Shown: positions 8,028 to 15,650, counted from the stretch's first letter. The stretch: 24,000 bases of DNA from Candidatus Thorarchaeota archaeon (GCA_048882505.1 JBHLRO010000011.1:29885-53884), one strand, 5' to 3'. Numbers and translations: made by a program. Notes: generated by a model not told the origin, from the letters alone.

Positions 8028-8651
8028 GTGATAACGTTTCCATCTAATCTATCTCAAAGGTGGGATTTGGAGGGGCGACTATTTGCCTGTATAAGTACCC
8101 TCGATCTCTTATCCCGAACTTACGAACGAGGGGAACTTGAGCCTAATATTTTTCACAAACAGTATAAGAGTTTGTTAACGACAATTGTGGAAGTTAGGGC
8201 TTCTCTTGAACCATATCACTTTGATTTGGACGCTTTTATTAAAGAAGAACAAGTTGACCAATTATACCCATTCGGATTAGAAAAACTCCGTAGGACCGAA
8301 GGTACAGATGACACGGTTCAAAACCGCATAGATTACAAGCGTATCACCCAACTCCCGTCACAAGTGGCTGAATTTGTAGCTCACGCTATTGAGCTTCTAG
8401 ATTTGCTAAAATTGGAGGCTATTGCGACCGTAGATCGTATCCTTCCATACTTAGATGAACTATATGCCATTTTATCCAGTTCCGCCATCTACGGCGAAGA
8501 TCATTGGGTAACCAAAGATATCACAGAATGGATTGCATGGATGGACAAACAGAAAGCGGGAATTCTTCTAAAAAAGGATGAACTCGAAAAATTAGAGCTT
8601 CAAGCCGCGCGCTGGCTCTCGGACTTTCGTCGCGAACTTAAGAATCTTTGA
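8028..8651 (+). CDS. vps28: ESCRT-I Vps28-like protein
   Basis: GTG start 6 nt after the preceding stop. The N-terminal core is LDLLSRTYERGELEPNIFHKQYKSLL...FDLDAFIKE...YPFGLEKLRR. The C-terminal four-helix region is VAEFVAHAIELLDLLKL...ILPYLDELY...ITEWIAWMDKQ...DELEKLELQAARWLSDF. Both are colinear with the two eukaryotic Vps28 domains. Confidence 0.8.
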   Translation: MITFPSNLSQRWDLEGRLFACISTLDLLSRTYERGELEPNIFHKQYKSLLTTIVEVRASLEPYHFDLDAFIKEEQVDQLYPFGLEKLRRTEGTDDTVQNRIDYKRITQLPSQVAEFVAHAIELLDLLKLEAIATVDRILPYLDELYAILSSSAIYGEDHWVTKDITEWIAWMDKQKAGILLKKDELEKLELQAARWLSDFRRELKNL

Positions 8652-8674
8652 TCCTTAAAAGAGTGATTCCTAGA

Positions 8675-10021
8675 TTAGAAATGATCGAACAGGTTTGTTT
8701 TTCCGGATCGAATCAAAAGATCAGTTATCCTTTCATTGATTTTAGCTAAATCCAATTCGAATTGTTTTACTAGATCAAAATAATCTCGATTTGTCACTTT
8801 TCGACCTCCGGTCTTGAGTTCTTCTAAGGCTTTTATGGTTGCCATTTTTTGGATACGAAGATCACGAAGATGTTCATCTACCACTTCTGAAACGTAATTA
8901 GGTGTTCTTTCAGGAAATAATGGGGAAGCAGAATCAAGCACTGTATGATCTTCCTTTGTATTCATTGAGAAGTTTAAGGCTGAGAGAATTTCCTCCTGAT
9001 ACACCTCGGAAGACCAATCCCGGAGTGGTTTATGCGTGTAATTATTGTTAGGTTCTCCGTAATAGCCTATCTGGAGACTTTTTACAATTTGATCTAGTGT
9101 GCCGCTATCCGAATACAGCCCATACTCGCGTTTCATTGCTTGAATCATTAATTTACGACGTTTAAGAAGGCCTTCCTCGACAATTTTTACATCGACAAGA
9201 TCCCCAGTCCCAAATTCGTCATAAAGGACAATTTCATTACCTAATACGTTTTTTCTTTTATTTTGCAGAAACATAATACGGTTGGTAGTGATTAACATAT
9301 TTACTCTTGTCTTACGAACACTTTCACCGTTCAATTCAACTTTTGGGAACAGACCGATCCCTAGTTCTCCTGGGCCAAAACCAAAAACATCCGAAAATTG
9401 GCGTAGTTCCCTTTCCATCTTATGAATGGCTGTATATTCGGAGGATAAATCATCTAATAGGTCCTCAATAGATCCAAGCCTCATTTGAACGGTTTGATCA
9501 AACGTTTGGACCTGTTTTTGAAAAAGGGTTAATTGGAGGGCAAGGTCGGAAGAACTGCTTGCCAATCCCTTTACTTCACTGATATTTTGATAGTATCGAT
9601 GTAGTTTGGTTGAAAACTCCTTGAATTCCTCTAGGATAAATTCCTCAATCTCCTTGGTGTCAGAGAACATGCGGTCTATCTGTTCTATGGGAATTAGGAA
9701 TTTTGTCATCAATGGACGTAGCTGGGACTCTAAATGACCCAATCTCTTTAAAAGAACAACAGGACGGTAGGCTACCTGCTTTAAAGCCTTCTTCAAGACA
9801 AATAGATGCTCTAAAAGTTCAGTTTTCAAATCTAAATTAGATTCTTCTCTGTTAACAATACCTGAACCACATTTACACGTTATAAGAAAACCTTGGTCTC
9901 CTCGTTTGACTCCACACAAGGCACAAAAAATTGCTTGACAGTCTTGGCACTTATACCCCTTCCCCTTCTGGATCTGAACCCCACAAAAGGAACAAAAAAG
10001 CTCATTAGCAGAGGATGACAT
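8675..10021 (-). CDS. Uncharacterised ESCRT-cluster protein: N-terminal C4C4 cross-brace Zn finger + coiled coil + PH/GLUE-like domain + steadiness-box-like C-terminus
   Basis: 448-aa ORF. The Zn finger follows C-x2-C-x11-C-x2-C-x4-C-x2-C-x12-C-x-C (aa 10-51, nt 9869-9994) and contains the FYVE-like string KCQDCQAIFCALCG. A long helical region spans aa 60-210. The segment VNMLITTNRIMFLQ...GDLVDVKIVEEGLLKRRKLMIQ (nt about 9068-9388) resembles GLUE/GRAM-type PH domains. The C-terminus GRKVTNRDYFDLVKQFELDLAKI parallels the Vps23-like C-terminus. Confidence 0.7.
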   Translation of the reverse strand: MSSSANELFCSFCGVQIQKGKGYKCQDCQAIFCALCGVKRGDQGFLITCKCGSGIVNREESNLDLKTELLEHLFVLKKALKQVAYRPVVLLKRLGHLESQLRPLMTKFLIPIEQIDRMFSDTKEIEEFILEEFKEFSTKLHRYYQNISEVKGLASSSSDLALQLTLFQKQVQTFDQTVQMRLGSIEDLLDDLSSEYTAIHKMERELRQFSDVFGFGPGELGIGLFPKVELNGESVRKTRVNMLITTNRIMFLQNKRKNVLGNEIVLYDEFGTGDLVDVKIVEEGLLKRRKLMIQAMKREYGLYSDSGTLDQIVKSLQIGYYGEPNNNYTHKPLRDWSSEVYQEEILSALNFSMNTKEDHTVLDSASPLFPERTPNYVSEVVDEHLRDLRIQKMATIKALEELKTGGRKVTNRDYFDLVKQFELDLAKINERITDLLIRSGKTNLFDHF

Positions 10022-10222
10022 TCTCGAGAACCAGGCCGGTGTATAGCGATCCAGACTTCCTCCACTAAGCCACCCTTAAAAAGGAAGAAACTTCGGACAT
10101 GTCATGATCCCCCGTTGGTTATTGTTTCTAAAACATTTTAAGTCGATCAACTTGAGTCTTTATTGCCTGTGATCAGAGAAATAAAACATGATTTAACTGA
10201 ATTTCATAACGGGTGCATTTTG

Positions 10223-10939
10223 ATGGGCTTAAGACGAATTGAAGAAAAGCTCCTTCGTGAAAAAGAGATGAAAAAGAAAGGAGCCGAAATGGCGTTAACA
10301 TCTCTCGAGAAAATGAGCCAACAGATTCATTCTCTACATAGGGATCTCCAAGATCTTGAAAAGAAATACGAAACTGATTTTAAAAAGAATCCTGCTTTGA
10401 GTAAACAACTCATGAATCTACGGGAGGAGTTAGGCCTTCCCCGCGCCATTGGAATTTATGACGTGGGTGAAAAGCCCTCATTCATTCAACGCTTAAAAGG
10501 AAAGGATGAATATCTGAATTTCCTTGCGTTACGGATCTTGAAAATCGGAAAGAATGAACGACACAGGACCGGCGGGCTTCTAAGTACCACCGAGATTATC
10601 CTAAAACTAAATGATGAGAGTCAAGGCATAACTGTGGCTATTTCTGATATTTCGCAGGCCTTAGATCTTCTTGTCTCGAATGGATTGGTTCATGATATTC
10701 GGGAGCTAGGTGGAATGCAGGTAGTTGAATTCATTGATCCAAACCTAAGCCAAGACCATCATACAATCCTGAACCTAGCGGCTCGATATAACGGGGAAAT
10801 AAATCTTACAGATTTGATCAAAGAAACAGAATGGAGTATTGAGCGCATAAATCAGACTCTGTCACCGTTAATACAGAAAAAAATTGTACTACGCTCCGAA
10901 ACATTAGATGGGGTAGTTCTGTCATTCCCTGGCATGTAA
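10223..10939 (+). CDS. vps22: ESCRT-II EAP30-domain protein (Vps22/Vps36-like, tandem winged helix)
   Basis: From ATG 10223 the sequence reads MGLRRIEEKLLREKEMKKKGAEMALTSLEKMSQQIHSLHRDLQDLEKKYETDFKKNPALSKQLMNLREELGLP. This is colinear with the Vps22/SNF8 N-terminus (RRGVG..KK..E.KYKERG...L..MSKQL..F...LEEFA.KH..EI.KNPEFR.QF..MC..IGVDP). The track ORF starts at a TTG at 10163, which is an alternative start. Confidence 0.8.
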   Translation: MGLRRIEEKLLREKEMKKKGAEMALTSLEKMSQQIHSLHRDLQDLEKKYETDFKKNPALSKQLMNLREELGLPRAIGIYDVGEKPSFIQRLKGKDEYLNFLALRILKIGKNERHRTGGLLSTTEIILKLNDESQGITVAISDISQALDLLVSNGLVHDIRELGGMQVVEFIDPNLSQDHHTILNLAARYNGEINLTDLIKETEWSIERINQTLSPLIQKKIVLRSETLDGVVLSFPGM

Positions 10940-11140
10940 AAAACATCTTCGAGGGAGTTTGATCGTAACAAATCATCCCAAGAAAGTGAAACCGTTTCCC
11001 GTTTCCTTAGATGCTCTTGATGAGGTACTCATAGGAAAGTCTTAAATTCTAAAGACAATTATGCATAAACAATCTCTTATTCGTAGAGGATGTATGGATT
11101 AAGAGCAGTTTCAAAACGCTCTGTCCAGCAATAATCATAA

Positions 11141-11157
11141 GTATATTGTTATATAAA
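11141..11157 (+). promoter_or_regulatory. A/T-rich TATA-like region upstream of the ESCRT-III operon
   Basis: GTATATTGTTATATAAA contains two overlapping TATA-like motifs 15-30 nt upstream of the TTG start at 11172. This fits a leaderless or very short leader transcript. It is motif-only evidence. Confidence 0.3.
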
Positions 11158-11171
11158 GGGTTGAAACTTAT

Positions 11172-11843
11172 TTGAAACGCCTAAGAGGGTTTTTAACGAA
11201 GAACAAACCGAGTTCATCGACTGAAACCAAGGCAAAGCTCAAACGTACTATCAATCAGATGGAAGTAAAGATACGCAACTATCAACGGCAAGCAGATGAG
11301 CAGTATGAGCTGGCTCGTACCCTGTTAAAAGCGGGAAACAAGCCTGGGGCTCATGAGGCCTTGAAACGGAGAGAACTATATCTCACCCAGGTCACTCGGA
11401 CTCATTCTAAAATCGCTAATCTTCAACGCACAATAGATACTCTGGATATTTCTGCGGATAACGTAACATTAACGGAGACCTTAGCATCCGCACAAACTGC
11501 AATCGATTCAAACATAGCATCGGCCTCTCCCGAGCGAACTGAAGAAGTTATGATGGGCCTAGAGAGTTCTATGGAAATGGTAGCTGATATGGAAGATGCC
11601 CTTACGGACACAACCATTACAGAAATCGGCATGGATGTAGAGGCTGATGATCGGATCTCTCAACAAATGGCGGAACTCGAAGCCGAGCTTGCCTCTGGGG
11701 TTCCCGCATCCGATACTCCTGTAACCTCCTCCCCAGACATGGCTTCCGCTCAAACCGAAGAAGGCACCACTACCAGTCGCGAAGTGGACAAAAAGAAGCT
11801 TGATGAGATGCGAAAGCAAATTGAAGAAGGATTGAGGTCCTAA
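11172..11843 (+). CDS. ESCRT-III Snf7-family protein, Vps20/32/60 (CHMP4)-like
   Basis: TTG start and a basic N-terminus (MKRLRGFLTKNK). The core ALKRRELYLTQVTRTHSKIANLQRTIDTLDISADNVTLTETLASAQTAI is colinear with the Snf7/CHMP4 alpha2-alpha3 region (ALKRKKRYEKQL..IDGTLSTIEFQREALENA..NTEVL). The C-terminal half is acidic. Confidence 0.8.
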   Translation: MKRLRGFLTKNKPSSSTETKAKLKRTINQMEVKIRNYQRQADEQYELARTLLKAGNKPGAHEALKRRELYLTQVTRTHSKIANLQRTIDTLDISADNVTLTETLASAQTAIDSNIASASPERTEEVMMGLESSMEMVADMEDALTDTTITEIGMDVEADDRISQQMAELEAELASGVPASDTPVTSSPDMASAQTEEGTTTSREVDKKKLDEMRKQIEEGLRS

Positions 11844-11847
11844 ACCG

Positions 11848-12462
11848 ATGGTATTCGACAAGTTCGGTAACTGGCTTAAGGGTGGAGGCAATGAAGCACA
11901 GGCAACACGTAAATGGATTGTCCGCCTCCGTATGGTCGAAAAGCGAATGCTTCGTCAGCGTAGCAAGCTGATCAAAGAGGAGAAGCGGATGATGAAGGAA
12001 GTGGAACGCGCCATTGAAGACGGCGACGTTTCTACCGCTCGACTCCTGGCCAAGGACGTTGCCAAAAATCGGGCAATGGCGCGTGGTTGTCAGCAAATGG
12101 CAAGCCGGGTCAAAGGGATTAAATTCAAGCTGGAACAAGCGGCAGCGACTCAGGCGATCGGCCAAGATTTAAAGGGATTAGTGAGAACTTTACACTCAAT
12201 GAACGCGCAGTTAAGAATTCCACAGTTGGAGGGGGTTTTAAATCAGATGGAAATTGAAACAGAACGTATAGATCTTGCTACCGAGGCAATGGACGAAGGT
12301 TTTGACCTTATGACCTCTGACGTTGAAGAAGATGAAATGGTAGACAAAATAATTGGAGAAATTAGCGCATCCAAAGCTGCTGCGGCAGATTTTGGGCTTC
12401 CCTCTCCGGATATTCGGTCACAAGAGCTTCAAAAAGAGCTGGAGAAAATCAAGAAAAGCTAA
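11848..12462 (+). CDS. ESCRT-III Snf7-family protein, Vps2/24/46 (CHMP2)-like, with a C-terminal MIM1-like motif
   Basis: It starts 4 nt after the previous stop. LRMVEKRMLRQRSKLIKEEKRMMKEVERAIEDGDVSTARLLAKDVAKNRAMARG...LHSMNAQLRIPQLEGVLNQMEIE is colinear with CHMP2/Vps2. The C-terminal QELQKELEKIKK fits the MIM1 pattern L-x3-L-x2-(L/I)-(K/R)(K/R). Confidence 0.85.
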   Translation: MVFDKFGNWLKGGGNEAQATRKWIVRLRMVEKRMLRQRSKLIKEEKRMMKEVERAIEDGDVSTARLLAKDVAKNRAMARGCQQMASRVKGIKFKLEQAAATQAIGQDLKGLVRTLHSMNAQLRIPQLEGVLNQMEIETERIDLATEAMDEGFDLMTSDVEEDEMVDKIIGEISASKAAAADFGLPSPDIRSQELQKELEKIKKS

Positions 12463-12527
12463 TTCCCCACTTCCCCCCCTCTCCTTCCCTGGCTCCCCTT
12501 CCAGTTTCAATCATTGGTGTCCAGATT

Positions 12528-13673
12528 ATGAGTCTATTTGAACAGGCCAAAAAAAACGCGGCTCGTGCCTATCAGTTGGATCAAAGTGGTCAGTCTCATC
12601 AGGCAGTTCGGCACTACGTGAACGCCGCGGAACAACTTCAAAAGCTTATTAATTTCACAGACGACCCAAATATGAAAGAACTGTATTATCGCAAAGCCAT
12701 GGAGTACATTTTTCGTGTTAAGGAAATCCGCGGAATTATAGAACCCTCCGAGAGTAAACCCTCCTCTTCAGCCCGAAGCGCTCCACGAGAGCAAGATGAC
12801 GAAATTTCTGATGCTATCTCAGGTGTCATCGTTCGTGAAAAACCGAATGTTAAATGGGATGATGTTGCTGGGATGGAGGGGGCGAAAAGAGCTCTCCGTG
12901 AGGCTATTATCCTTCCCATGTCTCGGCCTGACCTGTTTAAAGGTGCAAGACGTCCTTGGCGCGGAATTCTGATGTTTGGACCGCCAGGCTGTGGCAAAAC
13001 TTATCTTTGTAAGGCGGTAGCCTCGGAAGTGGACTCTACTTTTTTTTCGGTTTCAGCCGCTAATCTGGTGTCGAAATGGCTTGGCGAATCCGAGAAGCTC
13101 GTACAAGAACTTTATGAGCGGGCTACTGAGGAAGCCCCTTCCATTATTTTCTTCGACGAAATCGATGCCCTGGGCGGGGCGAGGGGCGGCGGAACGGAAA
13201 ACGAAGCCATGAGACGCATTAAAACCCAATTACTACAGGCTGTGGAAGGATTCGATACTGGAGACGAACTCCTGGTGACAATCGGGGCCACGAATACTCC
13301 ATGGGATATCGATGCTGCCATGCGTCGCCGCTTTGAACGACGAGTATACATTACCTTACCGACGACTGCAGCTCGTGAAAAGATGTTTGAAATTCATACA
13401 CGCGGGGTAGAGCTCGATCCCGATGTTAGCTTCAAGGAGATGTCAAAATATACTGCGGGGTATACCGCCGCAGATATTGCATTGCTGTGCCGAGAAGCTT
13501 TGATGATCCCCATTAGGGAATTGGATGCCGACGGGGCTCTAAAAAATCGCGAAATTAAGCCGCGAAGTCCGAATACAGACGATTTCTTATCTAGTATGGA
13601 ACACATCAGACCCTCCGTCTCTCCCAAGGAGCTCTCTCGATTTGAAGAATGGAGAGACCAATTTGGTGGCTAG
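12528..13673 (+). CDS. vps4: Vps4-type AAA+ ATPase (N-terminal MIT domain + single AAA cassette)
   Basis: The MIT-like helices are AKKNAARAYQLDQSGQSHQAVRHYVNAAEQLQKLI...YYRKAMEYIFRVKEI. Also present are VKWDDVAGMEGAKRAL, Walker A GPPGCGKT, Walker B IIFFDEID, the second region of homology TNTPWDIDAAMRRRFERR, and the C-terminus FEEWRDQFGG. Confidence 0.92.
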   Translation: MSLFEQAKKNAARAYQLDQSGQSHQAVRHYVNAAEQLQKLINFTDDPNMKELYYRKAMEYIFRVKEIRGIIEPSESKPSSSARSAPREQDDEISDAISGVIVREKPNVKWDDVAGMEGAKRALREAIILPMSRPDLFKGARRPWRGILMFGPPGCGKTYLCKAVASEVDSTFFSVSAANLVSKWLGESEKLVQELYERATEEAPSIIFFDEIDALGGARGGGTENEAMRRIKTQLLQAVEGFDTGDELLVTIGATNTPWDIDAAMRRRFERRVYITLPTTAAREKMFEIHTRGVELDPDVSFKEMSKYTAGYTAADIALLCREALMIPIRELDADGALKNREIKPRSPNTDDFLSSMEHIRPSVSPKELSRFEEWRDQFGG

Positions 13674-13731
13674 TTGTAAATATATATGACACTCTTACCA
13701 GGAGAGGCAAGTAATACAGACGTGACCTTGT

Positions 13732-14493
13732 ATGGCTGAGATGCAGCGCAAACGTCCTAAGAAAAAACAGGATCAGGATTCAGTTGATGCGCTTGAAAAT
13801 GTTCTCGATCAGGTCACTCAACCCCAAACCACCACACCCACTCCTACAGCTCCGAAAATTACATCCCCTACTCCCAAACCGCCAGTTTTGCAACCCACTA
13901 AAACTGTGGCTTCACAAGCCCAGACTTCGGTTACACGCCCCAGCTCATTAAAGTTAAGTCCGGGAACAGTAGATCCACGAATTAAACCTATTCTTCCACC
14001 GTGGGTACAAAAACCTTGGCGGTGGATGGTTCCTGAGGATCCTCAACTCAAAAACCAATGGTTATTAACCTGGGGGGACTTCCTTTTTGATTTTGCTAGG
14101 GTCCTAAACATACACATTATTGATCTGCAAGAGATCAGTCTTATTTACCCTTTTCATAATCCTGTCTTGCGTAAAAAGCTCACTACCCAACAGCTGATCT
14201 TAATCTCTGAATTTTTAATCGAGAAAGGAAAAGCCAAATGGTGGGATGACCAAAAGAATCGGTTACGTGTGTATTGGAAAACCCTCCAAAGCTATGCTGA
14301 AGATTTATTCGATTTTGCCTTTCAAAACGGGTATGACATGGTCACCGCGTTCGATATCGTCAAAATGAAACAATCTTGGTCAAATCTCCCGCCGCGCGAC
14401 ATACGGGAGCTCATGAAAATCATGGTACTCACGAAAAAGGCCTTTTGGGCTGATGGTTCCGATCAAAAAACTATCCAATTCCTGTATGAGTAA
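13732..14493 (+). CDS. vps25: ESCRT-II Vps25-like protein with an N-terminal Pro/Thr-rich extension
   Basis: PFHNPVLRKKLTTQQLILISEFLIEKGKAKWWDDQKNRLRVYWKTLQSYAEDLFDFAFQNG is colinear with Vps25 (LF.N..I.RKLS......VL.EL...G.AEW.D..K....I.W....EWA..IY.W....G). The first roughly 85 aa are low-complexity P/T/Q-rich and include PTAP (13843-13854). Confidence 0.8.
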   Translation: MAEMQRKRPKKKQDQDSVDALENVLDQVTQPQTTTPTPTAPKITSPTPKPPVLQPTKTVASQAQTSVTRPSSLKLSPGTVDPRIKPILPPWVQKPWRWMVPEDPQLKNQWLLTWGDFLFDFARVLNIHIIDLQEISLIYPFHNPVLRKKLTTQQLILISEFLIEKGKAKWWDDQKNRLRVYWKTLQSYAEDLFDFAFQNGYDMVTAFDIVKMKQSWSNLPPRDIRELMKIMVLTKKAFWADGSDQKTIQFLYE

Positions 14494-14669
14494 GGAAGGA
14501 GGATTTGGGACTCCGATTTGATTTTCCTCAATTCTGGCAATCTCCCGCAAAACTTCTTAACCCCCGCAAAAACTAGCCCTTAACGAGTTCTAAGGATTAT
14601 TTGGAACTAGAACGCCAGGTAGTTAGAATCAACGCTGAAATAATATATTATCTGAGGTATCCGTGTCCA

Positions 14670-15320
14670 ATGTCAAGTCTGGAATCTGAAGGAGATCTTC
14701 TCGCCCCCTTAGAAGATTATTTGAAAGCAGGTGTCCATATCGGGACGAGTAGTGGTATGGAGTCCATGCGCTGGGCCATATATCGGACACGAAATGATGG
14801 TTTGTATGTACTGGATGTCCATCAAACCGATCAACGGATTCGTGTAGCTGCCAAATTCCTGGCACGACAAGTAGCGTCACGAATCGTTGCTTGTAGCGTC
14901 CGAGCGTATGGAGTTTACCCTGTCGAAACTTTTTGTCGTGTCATTGGGGCTACAGCGGTTACCGGACGATTCATTCCTGGCATCTTCACCAATCCCAACA
15001 TCAAGGGCCGATACGAATATCTGGAACCGACAACCGTCCTGATTACTGACCCCCATTTCGACCGCCAGGCACTTAAAGAAGCTGCGCGCGTAGGTGTGCC
15101 CGTGGTATCATTGGTTGATACTGATAATGTCACCCGAAACATTGATCTTGCCATTCCATGTAATAATAAAGGCCGCAATTCCTTGGCGATGATCTTCTGG
15201 CTTTTAACTAAAGAAGTTCTCAGAGAAAAGGGGGAATTGACTCCTGAAAAAGATGCGGAACTCCGAGTAGAAACGTTTAGGGCGCCCCGAGGACGGCGTC
15301 CAACCCCCGCTGGCGAGTAA
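14670..15320 (+). CDS. rps2: 30S ribosomal protein uS2 (S2)
   Basis: DLLAPLEDYLKAGVHIGTSSGMESMRWAIYRTRNDGLYVLDVHQTDQRIRVAAKFL is the archaeal/eukaryotic SA-type S2 N-terminus. The central motif is VLITDPHFDRQALKEAARVGVPVVSLVDTDN. I place the start at ATG 14670; the track ORF begins at a TTG at 14601. Confidence 0.9.
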   Translation: MSSLESEGDLLAPLEDYLKAGVHIGTSSGMESMRWAIYRTRNDGLYVLDVHQTDQRIRVAAKFLARQVASRIVACSVRAYGVYPVETFCRVIGATAVTGRFIPGIFTNPNIKGRYEYLEPTTVLITDPHFDRQALKEAARVGVPVVSLVDTDNVTRNIDLAIPCNNKGRNSLAMIFWLLTKEVLREKGELTPEKDAELRVETFRAPRGRRPTPAGE

Positions 15321-15346
15321 CATCCCCCAAGGTGATCCAAACCGTG

Positions 15347-15547
15347 ATGATCCCAATTCGTTGTTATACCTGTGGAAAAATCATTGCTCAGTATTATGAG
15401 GATTTTCTAGAAGGATTGAAAGAAGGGAAAGAGACGAAAGAGCTACTTGACAGCTTTGGGCTGACCAGATACTGTTGTCGGCGCATGTTAATAACCCATG
15501 TAGAACTCATTGATGATATCCTGACTTTTTCGAGTCCCACCCGTTAG
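15347..15547 (+). CDS. rpoN: DNA-directed RNA polymerase subunit N (Rpo10/Rpb10)
   Basis: MIPIRCYTCGKIIAQYYEDF...LTRYCCRRMLITHVELID is the canonical Rpb10/RpoN Zn-bundle signature. I chose ATG 15347; the track lists a GTG at 15332. Confidence 0.9.
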   Translation: MIPIRCYTCGKIIAQYYEDFLEGLKEGKETKELLDSFGLTRYCCRRMLITHVELIDDILTFSSPTR

Positions 15548-15550
15548 GAA

Positions 15551-15650
15551 AGCCCCGTAGTGTAGCGGTCCATCATGGAGGGTTCTGGACAGGAACTCGA
15601 TAGGTTCTGGGAAAATCCCTCTGACCCCAGTTCGAATCTGGGCGGGGCTA
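15551..15650 (+). tRNA. tRNA-Gln (anticodon CUG) with a 27-nt intron at the canonical 37/38 position
   Basis: Hand fold. The acceptor stem is AGCCCCG (15551-15557) paired with CGGGGCT (15643-15649), with discriminator A15650 and U8. The D-arm is GTGT/TCAT with GG in the loop. The anticodon stem is GAGGG (15578-15582) paired with CCCTC (15617-15621), and the anticodon CTG is at 15585-15587. The T-arm is CCCAG-TTCGAAT-CTGGG (15626-15642). About 27 extra nt (about 15589-15615) interrupt the anticodon loop. No CCA is encoded. Confidence 0.8.
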
